Below are positions 1 to 15,403 of a stretch of DNA of 64,000 nt, piece after piece. This DNA comes from Neocallimastix sp. 'constans' (lineage: Eukaryota), in NCBI GenBank assembly GCA_050613775.1, contig JBODTK010000114.1, forward strand, positions 62,001-126,000, given 5' to 3'. The translations under genes and the position numbers were made by a program. How positions within the stretch are numbered: position 1 is the stretch's first letter; every line of letters starts with the position of its first letter. Below the pieces are notes generated by a model. It was not told the DNA's origin, did not search any database, and saw only the letters and a list, made by a program, of their open reading frames with translations.

Positions 1-47
1 TTATTTCATTTCCATATTTATATAATTATTTTGATTAATACTCTAAG

Positions 48-2463
48 AGATTTTATAAAACAGCTGCTGCATATGTTTTAAGAAGTAATATTCTAATAAA
101 AAAAAAAATACTAGAATTATTTTAATATATTTATATTTAAAGTTAATTATTAACATTATATTAACTTTCAAAAACTAATTATCTAATTATTCGATTTTAT
201 CATTTTATAACCATTGAAAATTATAAAAATGTATTATAATTAATAAAGCTGTTGCAAAACATTCTGTAAAATTAGCAAATAGTGTTGTTGAATCTGGAGC
301 GTTAACTTCATTAGTTCAATGTCTTGAAGAATTCGATCCTGGAGTTAAAGAGTCAGCAGCATGGGCACTTGGTTATATTGCCAAACATAATGAAGGTAAA
401 TGATATAAGATATTATTAATATATATTAATAGGTTATTAGAATTATATATAACTTGAAAATTAAAAGTATGATATTTAATATAAATTTAAATAAATAATT
501 TTTAATTTATAAATATATGAAATACAAAAAAACAATTTTTTTTTTTTTTTATAAAATTAAACAAATAATTAATTAATTAGAATTAGCAAAAGCTGTTGTT
601 GATGCGGGGGCATTACCTCTGCTTATTCTTTGCGTTCAAGAACCAGAACTTTCATTAAGAAAAATAGCAATTTCCGCATTAAGCGACATTGCAAAGCATT
701 CATCTGAAGTAATTAAAAATTTTTTTTTTTTTGTTTCCATATTAAAAAAAAAATATTAATGAAAATTTATTTATATCTCTTATAGTCATTCCATTAATTG
801 ATACTATTATCTCTATAAATATTATTATATATTTTTTGTTAAACTATATTAATATTTAAATAAAAAATATATATATATATATATTATTTATTTACTTATC
901 TATATATATTTATACTGTTTTTATTCATTTATTAATATCACTTCTAACAATAGCTTGCACATAATATTGTTGATACTAATGCACTTTTCTTATTAACCCA
1001 ATTAATGCATAGTTCTGATCCTAAGTTACTCAGGCAGGTTTGTTCCTGTCTCTGTCAAATAGCTAAACATAATATAACCTTAGCAGAAGAAGTAGTTAAT
1101 AGAGAAATTTTCCCTACAGTATTATATTGTTTAAAAAATAATGATGCGTATGTAAGAAAGAATGCAACTTCTTTAATATGCGAAATATCAAAACACTCTG
1201 CAGATGTATGAAATTAAATAAAATAAAAAATATTAACAAATATTATGATAAATTAATTCGTTATGAATTATTTTATAAAACCTACATTTATAAAGCTTGA
1301 TATTAAATTTTTGAAATAATATAAATATTCTAATAAAAAATAATTTTTTTATTCACATATTATATATTAATATGTACCATATAAAATAATATAATATTGT
1401 AGTTAGCACAAATTGTTGTTAATTCTGGAGGTATACCAGCAATTATTGATTATATTGATAATTCCAATGGAACAGCAAAACTTCCTGGTATTATGACATT
1501 AGGTTATATTAGTGTATTTTCTGAAACACTTGCATTTTCTGTTTTACTTGCAAATCCAATTCCAATATTACTGAAAGTATTACATGATAAAGATTCAATG
1601 GATGAAAGTGTTCTGGTAATTTATTTTTATTAAATATTGTTTTTTACATTATTATTTTACTATTATTATTTTGTTATCTTAATATTTTATTATTTTATTA
1701 TTTTATTTTATTTTATTATTTATATATTTATTTATATATTTTAATTATTACTATAAAAATAATAAAATATAAAAAAATAAATTATTTATAATAGGCTGCA
1801 TGTGTTTGGACTTTAGGTCAAATGGGAAGACATGGACCAGAACATACAAAAATATTATCTGATCATGGAGTATTACAAGTTCTATTAAATCTTTTACAAA
1901 GTTATAGCAAAGATGATGATGAACCACTTGATTTGAAAACAAAGGTAAACATATAATGTTAAATGATTATAAATGTTATTAATATAATCTATATTAATAT
2001 ATCTAATATAATATTACTATATAATATATTACGTATTTAATATATATATATATATATAATTTAAATAATATTATTAAATGAATAGTTAAAAAAAACTATT
2101 AAATGGATCTTAGAAAATACATTAGAATTAGAAAGTTTAGAAGCATTATTATCAGTAGACACTCCATTGCAAATATTAAAACCAACAATTGAACAATTAA
2201 CAAAGATTATTCCAAATGATGTTAATTTAAAAAGAGATTTCGTTTCTTCTGGATCACTTAGAGCATTACAGGAAATTGCTCAAAAATACATTTCCAATAA
2301 TCCAAGTAATCCAAGTTATCATTCGAAGATGGCTGAAAATATATTGTTAATTAATAATTGTTATCCAGAAGAAATTGTTAGATACTATTCTCCAGGTTAT
2401 TCCGAAATATTACTTTCAAGACTTGATGATTATGTGCAAAAATCTAATTCTGTAAACACATAA
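48..2463 (+). CDS. SPAG6: Armadillo-repeat axonemal central apparatus protein PF16/SPAG6, 5' end outside window; exons ~48-84, 249-395, 581-708, 954-1205, 1403-1615, 1795-1944, 2086-2463
   Basis: Spliced translation RFYKTAAAYVLRTVAKHS...CLEEFDPGVKESAAWALGYIAKHN...VVDAGALPLLILCVQEPE...NNCYPEEIVRYYSPGYSEILL matches recalled SPAG6/PF16 motifs; all junctions GT-AG and in frame. Confidence 0.93.
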
Positions 2464-3220
2464 ATTAAAAAACAATTATCTCCAAAAAAAAAAAAAAAAT
2501 AAATAAATAATTTTATATTAGTTTTTATATAATTTTTCTTTCTTTCAAATATCAATAAAAGAATTTATTTTTATATATTTTATATATATATATATATTTT
2601 TATTATATTTAATTGATATTAAATTAAAAACAATATTATATTCAATATTAAATATTTGTTAATCAATTAAATTTATATAATTTTATAAAATTTACCTTTA
2701 GATAAAATTTGATATTAAAATATATCGTTATTATTTTTATTTATTAAATAATAAATGTATTAAATAATAATACAAATTTTTAAAAAATGTATTAAAATAT
2801 AAAAAAAATTTATTGTTTTAACAACTTTTAAAGATGTAGAAATAAAAAATCAAAAAAGAATTTAGTGTGGTGTGTATAATATGATAAATTAATAATATGA
2901 AATATTAATAGTTTTTTTATAAATTTTATTTAATTACTATTAAAATTAATTAATGGCAAATAATGAATAATACTTTTCATATTATTTAAATGAAAAAATG
3001 AATAAAGAATATTTTAATTGATATAAAAAAAAATTTTAAAATATAATATATAATACATTCAGTTCATATATTATTAAATTAAATCATATAATAATATTTA
3101 ATTTATATACTTATAATATATATTAAATATATATGTATCACTTTTATTTTATTTTTATTATAGAATTTTTTTTTTAACAAATAAATTTTTTTTATCAGAA
3201 ATATAGAAAAATACAAAACC

Positions 3221-3598
3221 ATGACTACTGGTAATAATTAATTACAGTAAATGTTAAAATGTTAATGTTTAGTTTTAAACAAACCTAGTATTAATTTTTT
3301 TTTTCTTGTTTATTTTTTTTTTTTTTGAAATTTATAACATTGTCTTTTAAATAGAGAACAGTAAAAAAAGAGAAAGGGATTTAGAAAATGTTTCTGAAGA
3401 AAATGTAACCATTAATTTTTTTTTTTTTTTTTTCTTATTTTATTTTTCTTATTTTATTTTATTATATTATATTATATTATACTTTAAATAAGAAAAATCT
3501 CAATAAAAATTGAATATTTTATTTTGTTCTCGATAATATTATGTAATAAATTAACAAGAAAAACCTAAAATATATATGTTTCCAATTTTAACAATATT

Positions 3599-3641
<43 letters not shown>

Positions 3642-4283
3642 AGGAAACTGAAAATGTTAAAATAAATGAAAAAGAAACTAAAGTTGATGAAAAAGCAGAA
3701 GAAAATAAAAAATCTTCTGAAAAAAAAGTTGAAACTTCCAACAAATCAGAAATTAAAAATAATGATGACAAAACTGAAAAAGAGCCAACTTCAAAAAAAC
3801 AAAAAATAGGTGAAACTGAAACAAATTCATCTCAAAAAAAGATTTTCGGTTCAGTATGTTATTAAATCTTTATATTTCATATTTTAATAAATTATATTTT
3901 TTTTTTTTTTTTTTTATTAATTGTTTAAAATTTTAATATATAATCATTATAATTAATAGTCAGTTAATGTCTCATTATCATCATTTGCTTCATATTCAAA
4001 ACCAACTAAAAGTATTTTTGGAAGTTCAGGAAATAGTAATTCATTTGATACTTTATTGAAAAGTGAAGGAAAACCATTTGATAAAAAAATTGAAAAAGAA
4101 GAGAACAAAAATTCACAATTTAAAGAAACTGATAGTATGTATTAATAATATTTTATACTAATAAAATTTAAATATATTTAATTTCATAATTAAATTTTGT
4201 AAATTGAATTTTAGAAATTTTATAAAAATGTAAATTTTACTAAATTTTTTATAAATGTATAATTTAAATACATTATGATACTT

Positions 4284-4314
<31 letters not shown>

Positions 4315-5041
4315 CTTCTAAAAAATAAATATAATAATTAGCTAAAACTGGAGAAGAAGATGAAGAATGTATTCATTCAATTAGAGCTAAATTATATGAA
4401 GATGAAAATAATTCATGGAAAGAAAGAGGTATTGGTTTATTAAAAATTAGTTGCAATAAGGAAAATAAATCAAAAGTTAGATTAGGTAAGTAATAATCAA
4501 TAATATATTATAATTATTAAAGTATTATTAAATTAAATATATTAATATTATTCTTATGTATTATATATTTAAATATCATTTTTAAATGTTTATTTTTTTT
4601 TTCTTCCTAAAAAAAAAAAAAAAAAAAAAAATCAACAAAAGTTATGAGAGCTGAAGGTATTTTAAGAGTTATCTTAAATGAAAGAATAATTCCAGGAATG
4701 AAATTTAGTGTAATTCAAGATAAATATATTTCATTTGCTGCCATATCAGATGCTAAAACTATCAAGAAGTATCTAGTCAAGGTAAATTTAATTTATTAAA
4801 AAATATAAATAATTGACTTTTTTATAAAATAATAAATTTATTATTGTTGTTGTTATTGCTATTTTATTAGTATTAATAATATTATTATCATTATTATTAA
4901 TTATTATTATTAATTATTGTTTTTGTTATGAATTATTATTAAACCATACAAATATATATCAATATATATATATAGTGTGGTTCAACTATGAGCGCTAATG
5001 AATTATACCAAGCCTTAGTAAAAGCTACACCAAAAGAGTAG
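3221..5041 (+). CDS. Ran-binding domain (RanBP1-type) protein, Yrb2/RanBP3-like; exons ~3221-3230, 3355-3404, 3644-3853, 3960-4134, 4342-4485, 4642-4781, 4976-5041
   Basis: Not in ORF track. Spliced product has a K/E-rich N-terminus, KIFG/SIFG motifs and TGEEDEECIHSIRAKLYE...WKERGIGLLKI...VRLVMRAEGILRVILN, the RanBD signature. Confidence 0.85.
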
Positions 5042-6075
5042 ATTAAATTTTATTCTTAAAATAATAAATAATAATATAAGAAATAACAATAATAATATTT
5101 ATAACAATATTAATAGTAAATGATAAAATATTACAAATAATAAAATAAAATGCAATAAACCTAAATAAAATTAGAAATACTAATTGAAAAAAATTTTTTA
5201 ATAAAATATTTAAGAAATCATATAATATGAACTATTTATTGTGTATTAGTTTTTATATTGTATTAGTTTATTTAGTTAATTATTTAATTATTAATTTATT
5301 TTTTATTTATTAATTTAATTAAATTTATTTATTTATATAATTACATATTCATTCATTATTTTATTTATTTATTAATTACTATTAAGTATTTATAAATTTT
5401 ATTATATTTAATTTTTTTTATTAATAAATATACTATTTTATTATTATTATAGTAAATTTATGAAAGATTACCATTTCTAGTAAAAGAAAAATATAAAAAA
5501 ATATATGTAATAAAATATTCTTACATAATAATAACAATAATAATACTAATAATAAAATAAAATAAATAAAAAAGTAAAAATATAAATGAAAAAATGAAAA
5601 TATAAAAAAAATAGATAAATAATAAATCTAAAAACATATATATTATCATATATATGTAATATAATAATAATATTATTATATATTTCATTTTCCTTTTCTA
5701 ATTTATTTTTACCTTTAATTATTATTTATCCTTATATAATATGTATTTAATTATAAATAATTAAATTTTTTTAGATTACTCTCATAATTTTTATATCATT
5801 ACATCATTTTTGTCATTAAATTTATTATATTACTTTAATGCTACATCCTCTTATGAGGATTTTCTTTTTCTTATTCTTTTATATATATATATATATTAAT
5901 TTTATTGTTATTATTTAATTTTAATTATTACGATAATAATTTTATTTATAAAATATTCTTTATATAATTTTATTTTGATTAAATTTTTGATAAATTTTTT
6001 TTATTTTTTATTTTTTATTTTTTTTTAATTTTTTTTTAAGAAAAAAAAATAAAAAATAAAAAAATAATATTAAAT

Positions 6076-6920
6076 TTATTCACCATCCTCAGAATCATCT
6101 TCATCTTCAGCAGTCTTTAACCATTCTATAATATCATAACATAATTTTATTATATATAATATTATGACAATAAATTAATAAAAAAATTATTTTGAAAAAA
6201 AAAAAAAATATATATATATATATATTATAATTATTACCAATAAATGGTGCCATTTGTTTTGCAAATACAGCCTTTCCACTTGGTAACATAGCCTTTTCAG
6301 ACCAATATAAAATAGCAGCTTCTGATAAAACGTCACCTTGGTATAGACAGTAAATAGCATGACGAAAATGTTTCATTAATTTAACATCTTCATAACAACT
6401 TTTTTGAACCTTACAAAGTAAATTAATTTCAGTTTTTGGAGAAGTAGTAAAGACTTCTAATATTGGACTCCAATGCTATATTTATTTACAATGTATATAC
6501 AAATAATAATATTTTAATACACATTTATTTACATTTTCTCTTAACACAAAAAATAAAATTTATAATATATAATAACTTACTTCTAATTGACGTTTTATAT
6601 TAGCTTCCATTTGATCTGATCTATTACCAAAATCAATAGAATCCCATACACAATTGACAATATCAGATTCAGTCCATCCCTTATTAGAAACCATTTGATT
6701 CTTAAGATAAGCAACAATCTATTTTTAAAATATATATATTAAATAAAAAATTAATAATTATTTTTAATAAATATCTATTTTCAATATTTAAACCACTATT
6801 TCATACTATGTTTATAATTATATAAATTAAAATATTTAAATAATTAATATAACTATGTTTATAATTATATAAATTAAAATATTTAAATAATTAATATATT
6901 TATATATGTATAATGTTTCT

Positions 6921-6952
<32 letters not shown>

Positions 6953-7265
6953 ATATTTACATCTTGTGGTTTTTCTTCATCTTCATACATAGTTTGCAAA
7001 GTACTAATAGTTGTCTTTTTAGCATCATCAGATATCTTTTTTTTATGAATATCAACAACTTGTGGAAGACCTTCAGCAATAAAATGACGAGATAAATATT
7101 CATCGCTTCTCTTATTTTGTGGGAAGAATATTAATAAATTGCCATCTAGCTTAGCCTTCTTCAAACTATGAGCTATTATTATAATAAATTATAAAAATAA
7201 AAATTAATAAAATTAATCATATTGTAAACTTTTTATTCATTCTTAATCCCAAAATTTACTTTTTA

Positions 7266-7296
<31 letters not shown>

Positions 7297-8507
7297 CTTA
7301 CTGAAATGTTCAATAGTTTGTTCTTGAAGATAAACCTTAAAAACTTGAGTAATAAAACGAAGTGAAGCTCCCTCTTTAACTAAATAATCCTTATTTAAAC
7401 ATGAGAGAATACTAAGAGGAAGTGATTGAGAAGCACAAGCAATACCAATGAAAGTTTCTAGTTTTAAATTTTGAAGTTCATCCCAATTGTTAATATGTTG
7501 TAGAATATGTGGTAAACTATTTTCCATAGCTCTTTCAAGATACTTAAATATTTATAATTACAATATAAATAATTAGATAAATGTTTTATAAATGTAATTA
7601 GATTAAAAAATTATATAGATCTACTGATATAATTTTGAAAATAAAATACCTTAAGACGACGTGTTAATTTTTCAAAAACATTTACTTGCTTTCTAATAGT
7701 TTCTGGTTTTTCATCAGTTTGAAAAAGACACATTGGATTTAATCCATCTTCAGTAAGAATACCTCCAGGAACTATATATAACATTTCAAATAATTTATAA
7801 ATATAATTTTATCCATTTAATATTTCATCAAAATAATTTTTATTATTTTATTTCAATATTGTCTCATATTATTTCAAAAAAAAAATATCAATTATTATCT
7901 CTTCTTTTTTATTTATGCTATAAATATAAATTAATATAAAACATGTTATTTACCTAATTGACCACCAATAATTAAAAGTTCGCATAATGTTTCGGAATAT
8001 CTTTTAAAGTCAAGATTATTAGATTGTTCTTCAATAATTTTTAAATATTTGCTAAAATTTCCTTTAATTTTATCTCCTGCCTCAATAATTGGGCTTAATA
8101 AACTATTTTGGAAGGAACCTGGATCGTGCTTAACAACTTTAGCGGCCTACATCATTATATTAAAGTATAATTTTTATTTAAATGAATTTATTATATTAAA
8201 TATTTAAACATTATATAATTATAATTTTAAATATTAAAAAAAAAACAATAATTTATTATTAAATTTGTTTATAATAAAATATATTTATGAATATATATTA
8301 GTTTGAAATTTATTAAAATTTTTGATTTTTTTAATTATATTCTTTTTTACTTTTTTTTGAAAAAAAGATAGAAAATAAAAGTAAACATTTTTATGAAAAA
8401 TTAATCTACTAAATTCAAACATTTATAAAAATACACAATAATACCTTTCTTTGTTTATTCTTTACTCCTTGTAAAGCTGGTTTTTGTGATTGTGCTGCTG
8501 AGCTCAT
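6076..8507 (-). CDS. BZW: eIF5-mimic protein 5MP/BZW (C-terminal W2 domain); exons ~8507-8445, 8146-7954, 7771-7650, 7542-7302, 7172-6961, 6718-6581, 6475-6238, 6125-6076
   Basis: N-terminus MSSAAQSQKPALQGVRIKQRK, LLIFFPQNKRS, and W2 end DVLSEAAILYW...GKAVFAKQMAPFIEWLKTAEDEDDSEDGE*. Confidence 0.88.
6805..6898. repeat. Intronic 47-bp tandem duplication
   Basis: ACTATGTTTATAATTATATAAATTAAAATATTTAAATAATTAATATA occurs twice in tandem. Confidence 0.8.
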
Positions 8508-8613
8508 AAATAATAATCTTAATTATAATATATTATTTTTTTTAAAAAAAAAAAAAAAAAGAAAGAAAGATAATAAAACTATTAATTAAAACTTCTTCTT
8601 TTTTTTTTTATAA

Positions 8614-8629
<16 letters not shown>

Positions 8630-8672
<43 letters not shown>

Positions 8673-8677
8673 CTTAC

Positions 8678-8732
<55 letters not shown>
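8630..8732. repeat. (TTTA)n microsatellite
   Basis: Visible tetranucleotide run upstream of BZW. Confidence 0.9.
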
Positions 8733-10596
8733 TAAAAAAATCGACTTTTATTTTTCTATTTATTCGAATATGTTATAATATATAATAATATATCTCAATA
8801 TTTTATTGAACATATATTATTTATTTTAAGTGTACTATTACATATATAATTATAATTAAATGAATTAAAATATAATGTTTAAATAAATTTATTTTAATAT
8901 ATTTAACTTTATTTATAATTAAAAAATATAATTATTAAAGGTTATTTAAATTTTATTATTAAAAAGTATAATTTAAAAATAAAATAATATATTCGTTTTT
9001 ATTTTATTATTATGTTTATATATTAAATAAAAAAATCATCCATTCATTCTAATAATTTAATCAAAAATAAAGTAAATTAATGATTAAAAAAATAAATATA
9101 TATATTTTAAATAAATAAATGAATAATAAAAATAACTAATTATTAAAAAATAAATATATAATTATTAATAAATATACAAGAAATACAAAAATAATTATAT
9201 AATTTTTATTATAAATTTAGTGATTTACTAAAAAAGATGTATTAATATATATATTATTAAAATATTATAAATCAAATAAACTAAATCTAAAAACAAATTA
9301 TTAAGATTCATTAAATAAATAAATTAATAATAATAATGCAATCATACAAAGAAAAAAAAAAGGTTTAAAATAATATGTATTAAATATAACTTCGAAAAAA
9401 AAAATTTTTTTTTTCATTATTTTCAAGTTTAAGATTAGTTATTATTGATAGAAATTAACTAGAATTTTTTATATACATATTAAAACAATTAAATTACATT
9501 ATAAATAGCAATTTATATTTATATATATAATAAAGCTATTAAATTACATTATAACCATGAATTAATTCACAAATATTTTCTTAATTTTTTTTTATTTAGA
9601 TTTTCATAAGCTGTCATTATGATAGTAATTATGATTTAAATAAATATTTAAGAAAAAAAATTTTTTTCTTAATTTTTACTATAATGCAATATGAATAATA
9701 AAAACTTTATAGCATCATAATAATTATAAGTATATCAAATATAGTTAATCTCACATATTCTTATCTCAGACATATAATTTAAAACAACATTAAAATCCAT
9801 TATTTACCATAAATATGATAAATTCCTTTTTTTTTTTTTTCTTTATTTTATTTTTCTTTAATTATAATTAACAACTATATTTTTAATATTAAAAAAGTGC
9901 CAATCATCTCCAAGGAAGGATGATATTTATATTTATTTATTTAATATAATTTTATTATGAGAAATGTAATATACATATTTTATATACATTATAAAAATGT
10001 ATTGTAGATTAACTTTCTAATTTAGTAAATATATAAATTTGATTAATCTAAACTTAATGAATAAAATTAATTACTAATTAAAACACTTAAAAAAGTACTT
10101 ATAAATTACATAAAGGGTTATTTGCTTTTTGCTTGTTTGTTTCGTTTAATTATTAATAATTAATATTTTATAATTTTACTGTTTTGTTTATTTTATCGTC
10201 TTAATAATAACTTTTTTTTCTAATATTATTTTATGTTTTATAATTATTTTTACAGAAATTTTCAATAATAAGAATATTTACATATATTTGAATAATAAAT
10301 TATTTTACAGATATAACTAATTTTTTTTTAAAAAAAAAAATAAAAAAAAGGAAAAAAAAAAAGGAAAAAGCAATTGTCATGATTTGTATTGCATTATAAT
10401 GTATTGAAATTGTATGAATTATTGTACATAATTTAATTTAATTATTACTTTTTAAAAAAAATGAATATAAATAAAAAATTTAATTTATTAAAACATGAGC
10501 AATCCAAAATTTGTTTTAAATAAATGGTATACTATTTAATTATATTATATAAAAATAGAATAAAAAAAATAAAATAAAAATGGAAAACAAGAAATA

Positions 10597-10630
<34 letters not shown>

Positions 10631-10721
10631 AATAAAATTTTATATATGAATTATAAATATATATATATTAAATAATATTATGATATTTGATATTATATTT
10701 AATAATTATTATTGTTCTAAA

Positions 10722-11342
10722 TTAATCTATTCTCATCGGAGCAGTTGAAACTCCTGTTGGTGGATTAATACTAGAATCATTATTAATATTTGAATGATTA
10801 TAGTTATTTATAAAAGAATCATTCTTTATCATATCTATTGCTGAACTTAATAAATCAAGATTAGAATTTTGTGTATTTATTACGTTTGCTTTTACATCAT
10901 TATTAAGCATTTTCATAATATTGTCCTTATTATTTTTATTATTATTATCATTATTACCATTATTATTAGAAGTAGTAGTAATAGAATTCATATTATTATC
11001 AACATCTTCTTTACATGTTGTTATATTATTATCTTTAGAGTTATTATCATTATTTTTGGCTGTTTTTATGGTTTTAAAATTCTGACTTTTTGAATTTGAC
11101 GTCATTATCATATTTTCTATTGATGATCTATTATCTTTTGGATTACTTTTTGAAGGACTTTCTGATTCTTTTGATTTTTTTGATGAAATTTTTTCAAGAC
11201 AGCCTTTTAAATCTGGTAAAATTTTATCGTCTACTGATTCTAATAAAGTTAATAAATCAGTTGACGCTTTCGTGAATTTTTTTTCCATATTTTTAATTTC
11301 GTTAAAATATGCTTTTTCTCCTGGATCGTTAATCATTTCCTT

Positions 11343-11375
<33 letters not shown>

Positions 11376-12915
11376 AATAGATTATCATAATAAAAAATTA
11401 TTAATATAACAATGAACAAAATATTATTAAATATCTTTAATATTTATAATAATAATTATGCATAAAAAGTTGAGAGTGTAATATAATTTACCGAATTCTC
11501 ATGTAAATTATGAATATCTTGAATGAAATACTGTGTAAAAAGAAATTTTTTATAAATATTACGTTTCAACTCATTAAATATTTTTATTTCTTTTTTCAAA
11601 TAAGAAGGCGAAGAAAAAGTTGATTTCTTTTATTTATATATAAAAAATAAATTTAATTTTAATTTAAATTGAAATTAAAAATTTTTAAAATGAAAATTTT
11701 ATTATATATATATATATATATATTTAAAACTAAAAAGTTAATTATCATTAAATGAAAATATATAATAATTACATCTATCTTCGTTTTTGGTTTTTTATAA
11801 ATTGGGTTAATTTCATTATATGCATTATTATCATTTTCCAGTGAACGTTTCTACATTAAAGATAATAAAATGTTAGTAAAAAAAATAAAGAAAATAAATG
11901 AATATCATTAATTATTATATACATTTTGAGTATTAATTTATAAAATTTATAATAAAATTCAATAAATTAAAAATAATTTAAATTAAGACATATATATATA
12001 TAAAATTTACATTTTTAAGGTCTTTTGAATATGTTGAATTTCTTTTTTTTTCGTTACTAATTATATTATTTAAATAAGTATTATTGCTATTGTCTTGTGT
12101 AATGTCAATTTCTATCGGTTTTAAACAACGACCATGCTTAGTTTTTTGGTGCGCTATACAATTTGACTTCAATGAAAATCTCATGTGACATGTTTCTACT
12201 GGACACTATTTTTTTTTTTTGATATAAATTAACAAAGTTTTAATATCATTTATATTAATTATAAATATAATAAATATCAATATATATTATATACGTAAAT
12301 ACAACAAATTTTTTATTTTTTAAATTAAAAAATTAATGGATTTGAAATGTAATTTTTAATTATATATAATAATAAATTAATTACAATAAATGGTTTTTCA
12401 TAAGTATGAGCTCTCATATGTTCAATTAATCGTTTAGGTGTTGTAAATGATAAACTGTTGTGTCCCCAACAATCTTCCCATTGACAACTTAAACCAGTTT
12501 TATTACCTTTCCTATTATTTATAATAAATTAATTAATCAATTAATTACAAAAATTAAAAGAATTTATTAAAAAAAGAAAAAAAGAATATCGAAATTTAAC
12601 ATTTATATAATAAATATAAAAAAAATGTTGAATTTAAATAATTATTTATATCTAACTACCTTTCTTTTCTTGAATCATTGCAATGAATTTCACTTTTTTA
12701 TTTAATTATATTAATTTTATATATATTGTATTAAATAATTGATATAAATAAATTTAGAAATGCATGAAAGCAACCCTTTTTTTACATTTATAATTTAAAA
12801 CTTACTTCACATGTTTAACTAATTCACCAAGTGTATTAAATTGAATGTAGCAATTTTTCCATTTGCATATATGTTCATTATCTTTTATTTTATTATTAAA
12901 TGCTTTTGAAGACAT
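10722..12915 (-). CDS. C2H2 zinc-finger transcription factor, three fingers, GLI/PacC-like arrangement; about 7 exons
   Basis: Spliced pieces CKWKNCYIQFNTLGELVKH...H, CQWEDC...RLIEHMRAHTYEKPF, CPVETCHMRFSLKSNCIAHQKTKH, then an Asn-rich last exon (10722-11340); internal boundaries approximate. Confidence 0.8.
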
Positions 12916-13321
12916 TATTTCAAAATAAAGGTAATTTTATATATACTTTTAATTAGCCTTTTTATTTATTATTGTCGTGATGCTTTTATTATCAAAGTTT
13001 TCCTTTTTTTTTTATTTAAAGTTAAAAAATATATTAATATTTATTTATTTATTTATATCATTTTTATTTATTATTAAATTTTGAAAATATTGTAATTATA
13101 TAAATCATATATTATACTAAAATAATATATTAATATAATATATTAAAATCATATATTAGAATATATTTAATTTTGAATTTAAACTATTAGAATTATAAAA
13201 TATGTCATATTTTATATTTATATATATATAACATAAGATTAATAAAAGTTGTTATAAATAACTATGATAGTAATGATTATGATGATGGTGATGAATAGTA
13301 TTTTATTAAGAAATATTAAAA

Positions 13322-13322
<1 letters not shown>

Positions 13323-13403
<81 letters not shown>
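13323..13403. repeat. (AAT)n microsatellite
   Basis: Pure trinucleotide run; similar runs at ~15127-15186 and ~24322-24361. Confidence 0.9.
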
Positions 13404-13405
<2 letters not shown>

Positions 13406-13937
13406 GTAATAAAAATAATAATTAAAAATAAAAATAATACTTAATTATTATTTTTATTATTAATTATTATTTTTATTATTAAGTATTATTTTTATTATTA
13501 ATAATAAAAATAATAATTAATAATAAAAATAATTAATAATAAAAATAATAATTAATAATAATGAAATATCAATGATAAATAACTATAATAATTACAAGAA
13601 GTGGTTAGTATATGTATATATATTATTTCTTGTTTCTTTATTAATATCATTATTTAATAATTAATTTTAAAGTTTATCAATATAGAACATATCTTAATTT
13701 ATAATATTAAACAAAAAAAAAATAAACATAATAAAATATATTATTCAATATTTATAATATAATATAATATATAACTTAATATATTCAATGAATTAATTTC
13801 AAAGTAATACAAAAAAAAAATAAAAATAAAAATAAAAATGGAAATAAAAATATATAATTATAATAATTCTTGATAAAGTTTAAATTTATGCAGTGTTTTA
13901 GCTGCAGTTCCATTTCTTATTCTCTTTATTTATTTTA

Positions 13938-13971
<34 letters not shown>

Positions 13972-14285
13972 TTAGAAATATTTTAATTATTATATGCTTC
14001 TTTTTTTATTTTTCTAGCATTTCTTTAATATATTTCAAATCTTTTGATTTATCATTTGTTTTGATATATATATTTATATAATTAATTTATAACTTTATTC
14101 TAAAAATATAAAAAAATAAGTTAAATAATAGAATATAATAAATATAATATTAAAATAAAAATAAAATAAAATAAAATAAAAAACAAACAATTAAAGAAAT
14201 TAATTTAAATTTGTAATAATATTTATAATTTTTAATAAACTAAATAATAATTATTATTAATTAATTTTTTTTTTAAATATATATG

Positions 14286-14319
<34 letters not shown>

Positions 14320-14442
14320 AATAAAAATAAATATAAAACTAAAAAAATTAAAAATGAAAAATATCATAAAAAATATATAATTTATTTTCATAATTATTTT
14401 TATTTTTTATTATTGCTATTAATATCATTGTTGCTGTTGTTA

Positions 14443-14477
<35 letters not shown>

Positions 14478-15125
14478 GTAGTAGTAGTAGTATTTAAATT
14501 ATTGAAAAGAATTATTATAAAATAACTATAAATGCATAATCATTATGTAAATCTTGTTATCAATTATTGTGGAACTGGAATAATATAACTATAGTATTAT
14601 TATATAAACAGTTTAATTTAATCTATTTGTTTTATTAAAACCATGATATAATTAAAATTTTAATACTAATAATAAAAATAATCCACACAAGAATATTTGG
14701 TTAAAAACTTATGTTTAGGGTAAACAGATTAAATGAATTTTAGTTTATAATAGAATATTTTAGTGAAACTATTTTAATTCTGTAAATAAATCTAATTAAT
14801 ACTAATTAATAAATATAACATATTTAATTTATTCTTTTTTACTTAATATTCTTTATTTATATACTTTTTTATAATTAATTTTTTCTTTATTTTTTTAATG
14901 CTTTTTTGTATTCTTTTTTTTATATTATTTTGGCATCATTATTAAAATTATCATTATAAATTATTATAATATGTTAATAATTATAAATATTAATATGTAA
15001 TATTTTTTATGTATATTTTGATATAAATAAAATAAATCATAATTAAATTACTAATGGTTAATGATTTATATTATTTTTATTTCAATTATATATGTGAAAA
15101 ATAAAAAAAAAAAAAAAAAAAAAAA

Positions 15126-15190
<65 letters not shown>

Positions 15191-15345
15191 TTAATGATTA
15201 ACAAATTTATTTTATATTTATCTAATTTAACATTTTTCTTATAAATGAAAGAACTATTTAATATTCTATTAGATATGTAACCAATAAAATACCTAATAGA
15301 CATATCATTCATCATTAAATTAACAAGCAATTAATTTTCTCTTTC

Positions 15346-15403
<58 letters not shown>

